Shown: in pieces, positions 1 to 7,804 of the stretch | Position numbering within the stretch: position 1 is the first letter of the stretch | Layout: each line of letters starts with the position of its first letter | Assembly (NCBI GenBank): GCA_030550515.1 | Contig: JAUQPE010000018.1 | Span: 3,927-67,926 of the forward strand | Length of the DNA: 64,000 bases | Reading direction: 5' to 3' | Source: Thermotogota bacterium | GTDB lineage: Bacteria; Thermotogota; Thermotogae; Thermotogales; Thermotogaceae | Made by a program: the position numbers and the translations under genes | The notes under the pieces: generated by a model | Told to the model about the DNA's origin: nothing | The model's input: only the letters and a program-made list of their open reading frames with translations | The model's database searches: none

Positions 1-203
1 TCGTGCTCAGCTATCACGCACACGGGTTTGAACAACCTGCTGTGTCTCAAAAGACCGTAGGTAGTCTTCGCGTGAGAGGTTCCCAGTTGACCCCACGCAA
101 CGATCGCAGCGGGTGTCCCCAACTTGTAGAGATCCATCAGCTTCACGCTCTTTCCCCCCGTTTCGGATTTTGGTAGATTTTAACATGGGGAGGTGAACTC
201 GTC

Positions 204-992
204 TTGAAGATTGCGATAATTGGAGGAACTTTTTGGGACATCTTCATCTACGGTGAGGAGGCACACAGGGTGGAAATCCTGCAGTCCCCAGGAGGATCGG
301 GTTTGAACGTGGCCTTTGGATTGTACAGGTTGGGTTTCGAAGTGGCGTTCTTCTCCAACTTGGGTAGAGACCTTTACGCAAGCGAGATCGTTCGGATTTT
401 GCAGGGTTTTGGTTTCGAAACGTGTGGTATGAGGGTGAAAGAAGGCGAAACGGGCCTTCACATTGCCCTGAACGAAAAGCCAGTGGGTGTGAACCGTGGT
501 GTGAACAGGCTACAGGTCGAGTTTGACGCGCTCTCGGAGTACGATTTGGTCTTCGTGAACTGCGAGGTCCCTCCAGAAACGATCAGGAGGGTGTGCAGGG
601 AGGCCAAGGAAGTGTTTCTCGACCTTGGGCCCCTCTCCAGCGTGGACCCAGCCGATATGGACGGGAAAATCTTCGTCATCGGAAACGAGAGGGAGTGTTC
701 CAAGAAGAGATGCGACGTGATCAAGTTGGGACCGAAAGGGGCAAGATGGGGTGAGGTGTTCGTGAGAGGAAACGGCGTGGAGTCTCCGTACAGGATAGGC
801 AGCGGAGACGTCTTCGATGTCGTCTTTTTGGCGCTCCTTTTGAAGGGAAAGGAAAAGAGGGAAATAATGGAGTGGGCCGTTTCTGTATCTCAAGACCTCT
901 CGGGTAGGGTGAAAGGGGCTTTCAACAAGATGCTCTCACTCGAACAATTCGATCCTTTTCACAAGGTGCTTTTTGAGGGCACGCACGATTAA
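204..992 (+). CDS. PfkB-family carbohydrate (ribokinase-like) kinase
   Basis: TTG start preceded by GGGGAGGTGA RBS; N-terminal IAIIGG...SPGGSGLNVA motif typical of ribokinase/PfkB fold. Confidence 0.6.
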   Translation: MKIAIIGGTFWDIFIYGEEAHRVEILQSPGGSGLNVAFGLYRLGFEVAFFSNLGRDLYASEIVRILQGFGFETCGMRVKEGETGLHIALNEKPVGVNRGVNRLQVEFDALSEYDLVFVNCEVPPETIRRVCREAKEVFLDLGPLSSVDPADMDGKIFVIGNERECSKKRCDVIKLGPKGARWGEVFVRGNGVESPYRIGSGDVFDVVFLALLLKGKEKREIMEWAVSVSQDLSGRVKGAFNKMLSLEQFDPFHKVLFEGTHD

Positions 993-2366
993 CGAGAAGG
1001 TTATCGGCACGCCGAAAAGACCTACGATCGAAACGATGGGCATTTCCCTGATCAACTTCAAAGAAAAGAAGAGCACGATCGCAAATCCCATGGAAACGGC
1101 TTCTACGAGCAAAATCTGTTGCAACGAGAATATCCTCGCCGGGTTAGATGGATTCTTGGCCGCCTCGTCCACCTTCAAAAAGGTCACGCCGAGGATGGCC
1201 GAAAGGACGTACACCACGAAGACGAACGGGTTCAACAGGAGGTACAGGGGGTCACCCGTGTAGAGCGTCAGAAAGACGGTGAAAGCCAAGAAAACCGCAC
1301 CGTTCAGAAGTGAAGGAAGGAGGATCTTCGGCTTCAACAGGTTCCACGCGTCCGCGGGGAAGGTCCTGAAGATGGGCCACGTGAGGAGTTCGTACCTCCA
1401 CAACAAGGCCGCCATCGTGGAGTTGTAAAGGATGGAGATCGCTAGGACTATCATGATGCTTCCGAGCATGTCGTCCTTTCCTCCAAACAACGCCAAGATG
1501 ATCCCAAAACCTACCGGGTAGAAGACCAAGTATATCATCCTCTCCTCTCGGAGTAAGACCTTCATGTCCTTGGCGTAGAAACCTTTCAAAAAGCCAAATC
1601 TTGGTTTCTTTTTTTCCGCCTTCCCCGTCACAGGTTCGAACAACACCCTCTCACCTACGAAGAAACTCGCCAACACGGTGAAAACAACAAAGGTTAGACT
1701 TGTGAGCAGATGGAAAGGTTTCTTGTAAGAAAGAGCTGGGAGGGCGAACAAGTTCCAGTCAGAGAGGATGAACCTCAAAGAGATGGAGGCAGATCTCACG
1801 AGGTCGATGTTGAGAAAGAGGAGGAACGTGAAAACGGAGAGCAATTGGATCACAACGAAAACAATTCGCGCAGTACTTTTCGTGAGAGTTCTGCTGAAGA
1901 GGAACGAAAGGACGTTTCCAACACTCATCAAGAACACGATTTGAAGGATTCCCGTGAAGAACACCACCCAATCCCTCAGCAGGTAAGACGAGAAAGATAC
2001 GTTGAAGAGAAGGATGGAGAACTGGAGGAACTGGAAGTAGGCGGACTGTATCGACTGAAAGAGTGCGATCGTTCCCCTCCTCAGAGGTAACGTGAGCAGG
2101 AATTCGATCTCTTCGCTGTTCAAAAGGGAGTAAGAGAGGTTGAAGACGTAACCGAAGAGGAAGAGGATGGAGAAAACAGTCAAGCCGAGGGAAAAGAAGG
2201 CCAAGAACACCTCGTAACCGAACTGGTTGATCACGCTTCTGTAGAGGGGAGACCACAAAACGAACAGAAAAATCATGGTAAGCCCAAAACCGATCAGAAA
2301 ACCAGGAAGACCCGACAACTTCCTCCTTGGAAGCGCATACCTTATGAGAACGAGAAGCTCCCTCAT
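936..2366 (-). CDS. ABC-2 type exporter permease (multi-pass membrane protein)
   Basis: 476-aa highly hydrophobic ORF; ATG at 2364-2366 lies 4 nt after the stop of the upstream ABC ATPase, so the two are operonic. Confidence 0.5.
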   Translation of the reverse strand: MRELLVLIRYALPRRKLSGLPGFLIGFGLTMIFLFVLWSPLYRSVINQFGYEVFLAFFSLGLTVFSILFLFGYVFNLSYSLLNSEEIEFLLTLPLRRGTIALFQSIQSAYFQFLQFSILLFNVSFSSYLLRDWVVFFTGILQIVFLMSVGNVLSFLFSRTLTKSTARIVFVVIQLLSVFTFLLFLNIDLVRSASISLRFILSDWNLFALPALSYKKPFHLLTSLTFVVFTVLASFFVGERVLFEPVTGKAEKKKPRFGFLKGFYAKDMKVLLREERMIYLVFYPVGFGIILALFGGKDDMLGSIMIVLAISILYNSTMAALLWRYELLTWPIFRTFPADAWNLLKPKILLPSLLNGAVFLAFTVFLTLYTGDPLYLLLNPFVFVVYVLSAILGVTFLKVDEAAKNPSNPARIFSLQQILLVEAVSMGFAIVLFFSLKLIREMPIVSIVGLFGVPITFSLIVRALKKHLVKRIELFE

Positions 2367-2370
2367 CTTC

Positions 2371-3138
2371 TCACAGCTCCTTTATGATCTCTTCTATGTC
2401 CTCACCTTCGGCCGTGAGCTGAAGGAAAAGGTCTTCGAGGGTGGCCCTTTCATCTTTCGCGAGGGTTCTGAGTTCGTCCATGGTCCCCTCCGCGATCAAC
2501 CTTCCCTTGTTTATGATCCCGATCCGGTCGCACATCTTTTCCGCGATCTCGAGGATGTGCGTGGTCATGAAGATGATGGTGCCTTCGCTCGCGTATTTTC
2601 TCAGAAGCAGCTTCAAGATCTTCGCGCTCTTCGCGTCGAGTCCCACGGTGGGTTCGTCGAGAAAGATCACTTCCGGTTTCCTCATGAACACGCTCACAAG
2701 GATGAGCTTTTGCTTCATGCCGTGAGAAAACTCTCCTATCCTCTTTCCAAGAAAATCCACCTTGAAGGCCTCGCAGAGCTCCACAACTCTTTTCGTCGCC
2801 TCGTGCCTGTCGAGATCGTACAAGTCGATGATGAATTCCAAGAACTCCTGACCGGTGAGGTGGGGGTAGAGTCTGGGCTCTTCCGGAACCACACCTATCC
2901 TCCTCTTTATCTCCAGCTCGTGCGTCCTCAAGTCCATACCAAGTATCTCCACACTACCCTCGGTGGGTTTCAAAACACCCGTCAGCATCTTTATCGTCGT
3001 TGTCTTCCCCGCACCGTTTGGACCGAGGAAACCGTAGATCTCACCTTTCCTCACCGCAAGATTCAAGTGATCTACCGCAAGAAACTCTCCGAACTTTTTT
3101 GTGAGGTTCTTCGCAACTATCAAGCCCTCTCCCTCCAC
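2371..3138 (-). CDS. ABC transporter ATP-binding protein
   Basis: Walker A GPNGAGKTT, ABC signature and Walker B (ILFLDEPTVGLD) present; GTG start. Confidence 0.85.
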   Translation of the reverse strand: MEGEGLIVAKNLTKKFGEFLAVDHLNLAVRKGEIYGFLGPNGAGKTTTIKMLTGVLKPTEGSVEILGMDLRTHELEIKRRIGVVPEEPRLYPHLTGQEFLEFIIDLYDLDRHEATKRVVELCEAFKVDFLGKRIGEFSHGMKQKLILVSVFMRKPEVIFLDEPTVGLDAKSAKILKLLLRKYASEGTIIFMTTHILEIAEKMCDRIGIINKGRLIAEGTMDELRTLAKDERATLEDLFLQLTAEGEDIEEIIKEL

Positions 3139-3234
3139 GCGTTGATTTCTTGCTTTTCCGTAATTCTACATCCAAAACCCTTTCGGAGCAAGTTTCGTGC
3201 GTTGGATCGGTCACTTTTTTGTCCTTCGGGTTTG

Positions 3235-3271
3235 GCCAAAACAAACAAGGCCGGGATCGAATCCCGGCCTT
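3235..3271 (-). terminator. intrinsic terminator (minus strand) downstream of the mini-array
   Basis: 11-bp GC-rich stem AAGGCCGGGAT/ATCCCGGCCTT (3247-3271) followed on the minus strand by UUGUUUGUUUU (3246-3235). Confidence 0.5.
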
Positions 3272-3279
3272 CGCGTTTC

Positions 3280-3386
3280 GTTCCACTACCTCTAAGGTTC
3301 GATTGAAAAAGGAGAGCCTACGTCTAAAAATACGTGAAGTTGAAACTAAAAGTTATATCTCCATACCTTGTAGGTTCGATTGAGAT
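3280..3386. CRISPR. degenerate two-repeat mini-array (repeat-spacer-repeat) of the same repeat family as the main array
   Basis: 3280-3309 matches GTTTCCATACCTCTAAGGTTCGATTGAAAC at 26/30 and 3357-3386 at 23/30 (core TCTAAGGTTCGATTGA conserved); 47-bp unique segment between them. Confidence 0.6.
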
Positions 3387-3398
3387 CTTGTTGATCCA

Positions 3399-3428
3399 AT
3401 CATAACATTTGAAAACGAGACTTGTCAA
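3399..3428 (-). promoter_or_regulatory. sigma70-like promoter reading leftwards into the mini-array
   Basis: minus-strand TTGACA (3428-3423), 18-nt spacer, TATGAT (3404-3399); predicted TSS ~3392, 6 nt before the first repeat. Confidence 0.45.
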
Positions 3429-3457
3429 GAGGGTTTGGCAAGGTGAATTCATCTTTT

Positions 3458-4009
3458 TCAAAACGTGATACGGTTCTTACCGTGCGTCGCCATCCTGTAT
3501 TCCCAATCCACCAAGGAAAAGAACCATTCGTCGAGAGAATTCGAATAGAACTCGAGCCAGAACTTTCCCCAAACGTCTTCTTCGTGCCCCTTCAGGAGGA
3601 TCCTTCCCAAAAACGTTAGCTCGACGGTTCCTCTCCTCTCTCGGGCGACCTTTTCTATCTCTTCCTTTGAGAGTTTTTCGTACACCCTTTCCACCACGAT
3701 CAACGTCCTTTTCCCATCGCGGATACCCGCGTTTTTGATCTCTTCGATGGCTTTCGCGAGGTTCACCATAAACTTTGGAATCGAGCGATCTTCGCCGATT
3801 TCTAAGACGGCTTCGGGGAACTTCTCCGCGATCTTTTGTGCCGTTTTGGCACCGACTGGATCTCCTTTCGATATTCGAGCGATAACGGAAGGGCTTACTC
3901 CCAAAACCTCAGCCAATTTCACCCTGCTGGGATGGCAGGAGTACCTGTGAAAGGGCTGAAGGAGCCTCCTGTAATCGACATAGTACTTTGCTTTTCCCAT
4001 TTGGCGCAC
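3458..4009 (-). CDS. HTH-domain protein (putative transcriptional regulator)
   Basis: 183-aa ORF with helix-turn-helix-like segment LAEVLGVSPSVIARISKG; no terminator between its stop and the mini-array. Confidence 0.4.
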   Translation of the reverse strand: MRQMGKAKYYVDYRRLLQPFHRYSCHPSRVKLAEVLGVSPSVIARISKGDPVGAKTAQKIAEKFPEAVLEIGEDRSIPKFMVNLAKAIEEIKNAGIRDGKRTLIVVERVYEKLSKEEIEKVARERRGTVELTFLGRILLKGHEEDVWGKFWLEFYSNSLDEWFFSLVDWEYRMATHGKNRITF

Positions 4010-4037
4010 ATCCTTCCTCAGGGTGGTTTATTCAATC

Positions 4038-4955
4038 TTACCACAGATAAGGATGGCGGGAAAAACCTCCCTCGTAAAACAGTTCTAGACTGGGAAGAGA
4101 ACTTGTGGAAAGGACGTATTCCTCCGTGAGGTTTGGGGCTGGTTCACCGTCGTACGAATAAACACAGAATTTCTCTATCGTGAGTTTTCCGAAAGAGAAG
4201 ATCCCAAAACACATCCCTTGATGCGCGCGAGTGGTGTTCAACCCTGGACCTATGAAAAGCGCCACGAGTTTCCCTTCGGAAAAGACGCGCACGACACCGT
4301 CGAACACTTCTACCAACAGGGAAAATTTCTGCCCCGCACGAAACCCCTTACCAGTCTTCCCCCTTCCCGCCATCTGCGTCCCCAGGAGCGACACAACTCC
4401 ATCCGCAACGTTGAATTCCACCATTGCGTAAGAATAATCGCTGAAACCATCTTGCCTCAGCAACACCCCTGGGCCACCCTGGGTAGCGTAGAAGATTCCC
4501 ATCGTGTCCGAAAAGGAAGTGAAAACGACTTCTATCCCCGTTAGTTCGTTTCCGTTCTGAGAGTCAAGCCAAGCGGCACAAAAAGGTTTCGCATCAGGTT
4601 CCAGCGTGAGTTTTCCCTCAGAGATCTGCGCTTTTCCGACGACTTTGAAAGGGTTTGCTTGAAAATAAGGGTAAAGTTGGAGCACGGAGGAGACTGGAGC
4701 AGGTTTCCCGAGGTATACGTAACCCTTATCTTCCTCTTTCACGATAACCGCGCCGAAACATGGCAAATGCGAGATGCGACGTGTCACGACAAATGGTCCA
4801 GAAACCACTCTCCCTTGCTCATCGAGCAGGTACTGGGTTAGCTTCAAATGAAACGACTTCTGGCTCGAGCTCGCGTCGTTTATCGAAGGCCCGCACGAGA
4901 AAAGTAAGATTGAGACCACAAAAACGAACGCAATTAGACAGCGCGTCCCCAACAC
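4038..4955 (-). CDS. lipoprotein of unknown function
   Basis: GTG start at 4955 preceded by GAGGGA RBS gives n-region/h-region/lipobox (LGTRCLIAFVFVVSILLFSC); ORF-track N-terminus upstream is probably not translated. Confidence 0.45.
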   Translation of the reverse strand: MLGTRCLIAFVFVVSILLFSCGPSINDASSSQKSFHLKLTQYLLDEQGRVVSGPFVVTRRISHLPCFGAVIVKEEDKGYVYLGKPAPVSSVLQLYPYFQANPFKVVGKAQISEGKLTLEPDAKPFCAAWLDSQNGNELTGIEVVFTSFSDTMGIFYATQGGPGVLLRQDGFSDYSYAMVEFNVADGVVSLLGTQMAGRGKTGKGFRAGQKFSLLVEVFDGVVRVFSEGKLVALFIGPGLNTTRAHQGMCFGIFSFGKLTIEKFCVYSYDGEPAPNLTEEYVLSTSSLPSLELFYEGGFSRHPYLW

Positions 4956-4990
4956 GGCTCGATCCCTCGAGATCGGAATAGAATAAACAG

Positions 4991-5010
4991 AAAAGGGGCG
5001 TTGAGCCCCG
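4991..5010 (-). terminator. intrinsic terminator of the tRNA-Val/tRNA-Phe transcript
   Basis: minus-strand hairpin GGGGCtcaacGCCCC (5009-4995) followed by UUUUCUGUUUAUU. Confidence 0.45.
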
Positions 5011-5051
5011 TCTCGTTGTGGTGAAAAACTGACGTACCGAGGATCGACCTC

Positions 5052-5127
5052 TGGTGGCCAGGGGCGGAATCGAACCGCCGACACCTGGATTTTCAGTCCA
5101 GTGCTCTACCAACTGAGCTACCTGGCC
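5052..5127 (-). tRNA. tRNA-Phe (anticodon GAA)
   Basis: cloverleaf folds by hand: acceptor GGCCAGG/CCTGGCC, anticodon stem CTGGA/TCCAG with loop CTGAAAA, T-loop TTCGATT, CCA encoded. Confidence 0.85.
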
Positions 5128-5140
5128 ACTCCTTTCGATC

Positions 5141-5215
5141 TGGTGGGAGCGGCAGGACTTGAACCTACGACCTCCTGCTTGTAAGGCAGGCGCTCTTCCC
5201 CTGAGCTACGCTCCC
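5141..5215 (-). tRNA. tRNA-Val (anticodon TAC)
   Basis: acceptor GGGAGCG/CGCTCCC, anticodon stem CCTGC/GCAGG with loop CTTACAA, T-loop TTCAAGT, CCA encoded. Confidence 0.8.
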
Positions 5216-5227
5216 ACCGCTTTAGAT

Positions 5228-5257
5228 ATATTACCACGGAAAGGAAAGATTAGTCAA
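5228..5257 (-). promoter_or_regulatory. promoter of the tRNA operon
   Basis: minus-strand TTGACT (5257-5252), 18 nt, TAATAT (5233-5228), about 12 nt upstream of the tRNA-Val 5' end. Confidence 0.5.
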
Positions 5258-5636
5258 TACAAAGGGATCTCTTGATTTTCCAGGAAAACCTTGGAACCTT
5301 TCGGAACGATCAAGAGATGGTCCCCGATCGCGAAATAGAACCCCTTCCTCGTCGGTTGGAGAAAGAAAGTGTGAACTGATTCTCCGGTCTCAACTTTTAA
5401 CGTGAATCGATCCAAGGATTGAATGTGTGGGGCGAAAAAGGACCCGTTGAAGACGATTCCCAATTCTTTTTCGTCGCCGAAGAGTACGAAGAACCTTACG
5501 ACGAAGGTCTTCGTCCCAACAAATTTGTACATCTCCTCTGGAAAACTCACGTTCAACTCCTTCAAAAAGACGAATCCACCTAGACAAGCACTCGCAAAAA
5601 GCATCAAAGCGACACCCAAAAACATCCTCTTCATGC
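5254..5636 (-). CDS. small secreted/lipoprotein of unknown function
   Basis: start MKRMFLGVALMLFASACLGG (signal peptide with Cys); ATG at 5634-5636 overlaps the stop of the upstream comFC-like gene. Confidence 0.45.
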
Positions 5637-5638
5637 TC

Positions 5639-6124
5639 TCACCCTTTCGCCAAAACGTAAACTTCCACGTACTCCGCACCACCCGCCAAAAGCGTTTTGA
5701 CACAGTCCTTGACGCTCGTACCCGTCGTCAAGACGTCATCGAGCAACACCACCCTCCTTGCAGGCGGGAGAGAAAGTCGAAACCTGCCCATCTCTTTCCT
5801 GTCTTTTCCATCCCTCTCCACCTGACGTCCGTTCGACACGTTGATCAAGACTTTCTTGTAAGGGATTCCCGTCTCTTTGGAGAGAGTTCTGGCGAGCCTC
5901 GCCATGTGGTCGTATCCTCGCCTTTCCAAAGAATCTCGCGAAGAGGGAACCCAAGTCAGGATCTCACCGTTTGGTGGAAAATACTCGAACAGCTTCAAAT
6001 AAACGTCTACCAGCAAACCGGAGATCTTCAGGTCCTCTCGGTATTTGTACAGCTTTATGGCTTCCGAGAGCTTTCCTTCGTAGCTCGAAAAGATGTGAAC
6101 TCGGTATCTGCGTTGTTCTTCCAC
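5639..6124 (-). CDS. ComFC-like phosphoribosyltransferase-domain protein (competence protein F family); the open frame extends further upstream, see findings
   Basis: PRTase motif VVLLDDVLTTGTSV and ComF-type SSRDSLERRGYDHMARLA segment; first usable start is GTG at 6122-6124, but an in-frame CxxC...CxxC zinc ribbon is encoded at 6150-6215. Confidence 0.6.
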   Translation of the reverse strand: MEEQRRYRVHIFSSYEGKLSEAIKLYKYREDLKISGLLVDVYLKLFEYFPPNGEILTWVPSSRDSLERRGYDHMARLARTLSKETGIPYKKVLINVSNGRQVERDGKDRKEMGRFRLSLPPARRVVLLDDVLTTGTSVKDCVKTLLAGGAEYVEVYVLAKG

Positions 6125-6234
6125 CCGAAAAGAAGGTCCCTTACCCAGGATCTCCTTTCGGCACTCCTCGCAAACCGGCTCGAAGAAGTCGATCCTTTCA
6201 CCACAAAGAGGGCAAAAGTTTGGGAAGAGAAAGT

Positions 6235-7347
6235 TCAGCGTCTTCTCCAGATACCCCTTGAGTCCAAAAAGATCACCCGTCTTGCTCCCCTCTCTTTCAG
6301 CGTTGCCACGAAACCTTCGTCGAGTTCGAAGTTGAACGCGACTTCCACCCCATCGAAGCCTCCCATTCTTTCCAGGAGATCGGTTTTCACGCGCTCTTCA
6401 TCGAAGTGTGTGAAAGAGCTTATCAACCTTCCTTCCCTCACCAAAACGGCCGAGTTGAAGACCGGGTGACACGCCAAAGCGGCTGCAAAATCATTTTCTT
6501 GGACAACTTCTCTCAGAAGGAGAAAGTGGCCGAAGGCCAGCATTCCCCGCTCCAGAGCTTTAAAATTCCGAATCTCAAGGCCTTGGACCCCTTCAGGGAT
6601 CTTCCTGGCTACCACGAACTTGTATCCCTCATCTTTTCTGTATTCCCCTTTTAATCCTAGAACTCCATCCTTGTCTTCTGGAAGGGATCCGTCAACTGCT
6701 GCATGGATTGGCGCCCACTCCCTGACGAACACGGAAGATCCTTCGGGTAGAAGCGAGAGGTAGTGAACGGTGAGAGCCACGTCGATCGAAAATTCCGGTG
6801 GTACGTTCCAACCTTCTTCTTCGGAGAACAAAGAGTAGTTTCCGAGGTTTCCAAGCTTTTTCAAAGCCAAACTTTCCCAATCTTTGATGAAGAAAACATC
6901 CGAAAGTCCCCTCTCAATCGAGGAGAGAAGTTGAATCACCCTGTGAAGGGCCTTCAAAGCGAATCTCCTTCTAAGCTGCAGGGGTACGTCTCCAGATTTT
7001 TTCACTTCTTCGAGGACGATTTCGAGATCTTTCAACTCAACCACCGGAACGACTTCTCTGTGGTTTTTGATCGCCCACAACAACAACATAACTTGGTCGG
7101 GTTCCAAAGCGACCAATTGCTCGTATTCGTTTCCTTCAGGCGAGGGGCGCTCTAGTTCGATAACCACGACGTTCGGTTTCTCCGAGAGACATCCCCTTGC
7201 GTCCACCTTCTTGAAGGAAAAGGCGTCAGTCGTCATTTGGGCTTTCTCGTCGAGGAGTGGTTCCAGTCTATGATCGAGAAGAAAAGAGAGGAGCTCATCG
7301 CTCAACCGTTTGACGCCGAGAAAGATCTTCAGGCTCAAACTCATCAC
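6235..7347 (-). CDS. hypothetical protein (370 aa, unrecognised family)
   Basis: long ORF in the same operon, codon usage consistent with neighbours, no motif I can name. Confidence 0.35.
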   Translation of the reverse strand: MMSLSLKIFLGVKRLSDELLSFLLDHRLEPLLDEKAQMTTDAFSFKKVDARGCLSEKPNVVVIELERPSPEGNEYEQLVALEPDQVMLLLWAIKNHREVVPVVELKDLEIVLEEVKKSGDVPLQLRRRFALKALHRVIQLLSSIERGLSDVFFIKDWESLALKKLGNLGNYSLFSEEEGWNVPPEFSIDVALTVHYLSLLPEGSSVFVREWAPIHAAVDGSLPEDKDGVLGLKGEYRKDEGYKFVVARKIPEGVQGLEIRNFKALERGMLAFGHFLLLREVVQENDFAAALACHPVFNSAVLVREGRLISSFTHFDEERVKTDLLERMGGFDGVEVAFNFELDEGFVATLKERGARRVIFLDSRGIWRRR

Positions 7348-7350
7348 TCC

Positions 7351-7770
7351 TCACTTGGTGTGTTTGTGCGCAATTTTGCTTGCGGCGAAAGAGAAAGGCT
7401 TTATCTGATACCGGTAACCCATTCCCCTCACGTAGCCCACGATGGCGGAAACGAGCTCTCTCGAGAGACCGTCGTAACCAATGTCAAGGTGAATTACCGG
7501 TTTTCCAAGCTTCAGCTTCTCCTCAACGAATTGAGCTACTTCAAGACTCATCTCCACTTCTTTGAAGAGTCTCGTGTACATGTCCCCTTTCTTTCCGTCC
7601 CTTCTTACGGTGTAGAAGTAGGTGGCACCGTTGCCCAACCTGTAAACCACGATCGCTGTGGCGTAGATCACAGTTCCATCTCTCACGTCGCTGTCGCTTC
7701 CTATGAACACAAAGAAAGGATAACCCCTAACGAAATTATCGATCAAATCCTTCATCCTGTCCTCGTCCAC
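7351..7770 (-). CDS. hypothetical protein, possibly YkuK/DUF458-like (RNase H-like fold)
   Basis: 139-aa ORF 4 nt upstream of the next gene; family assignment from general resemblance only. Confidence 0.3.
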   Translation of the reverse strand: MDEDRMKDLIDNFVRGYPFFVFIGSDSDVRDGTVIYATAIVVYRLGNGATYFYTVRRDGKKGDMYTRLFKEVEMSLEVAQFVEEKLKLGKPVIHLDIGYDGLSRELVSAIVGYVRGMGYRYQIKPFSFAASKIAHKHTK

Positions 7771-7804
7771 AGATCCAAGTTCTGGATTCCTGAATTGGAA
7801 TTTA

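Noticed and set aside
3150-3383. 77-aa ORF ending …IPCRFD
   Set aside because: Its C-terminus is the frame translation of the degenerate repeat; it covers the mini-array region, so it is an ORF-caller artefact.
5423-6469. 348-aa plus-strand ORF
   Set aside because: Overlaps the comFC-like gene and the small lipoprotein gene on the opposite strand; Ser/Lys/Thr-rich low-complexity translation; no RBS.
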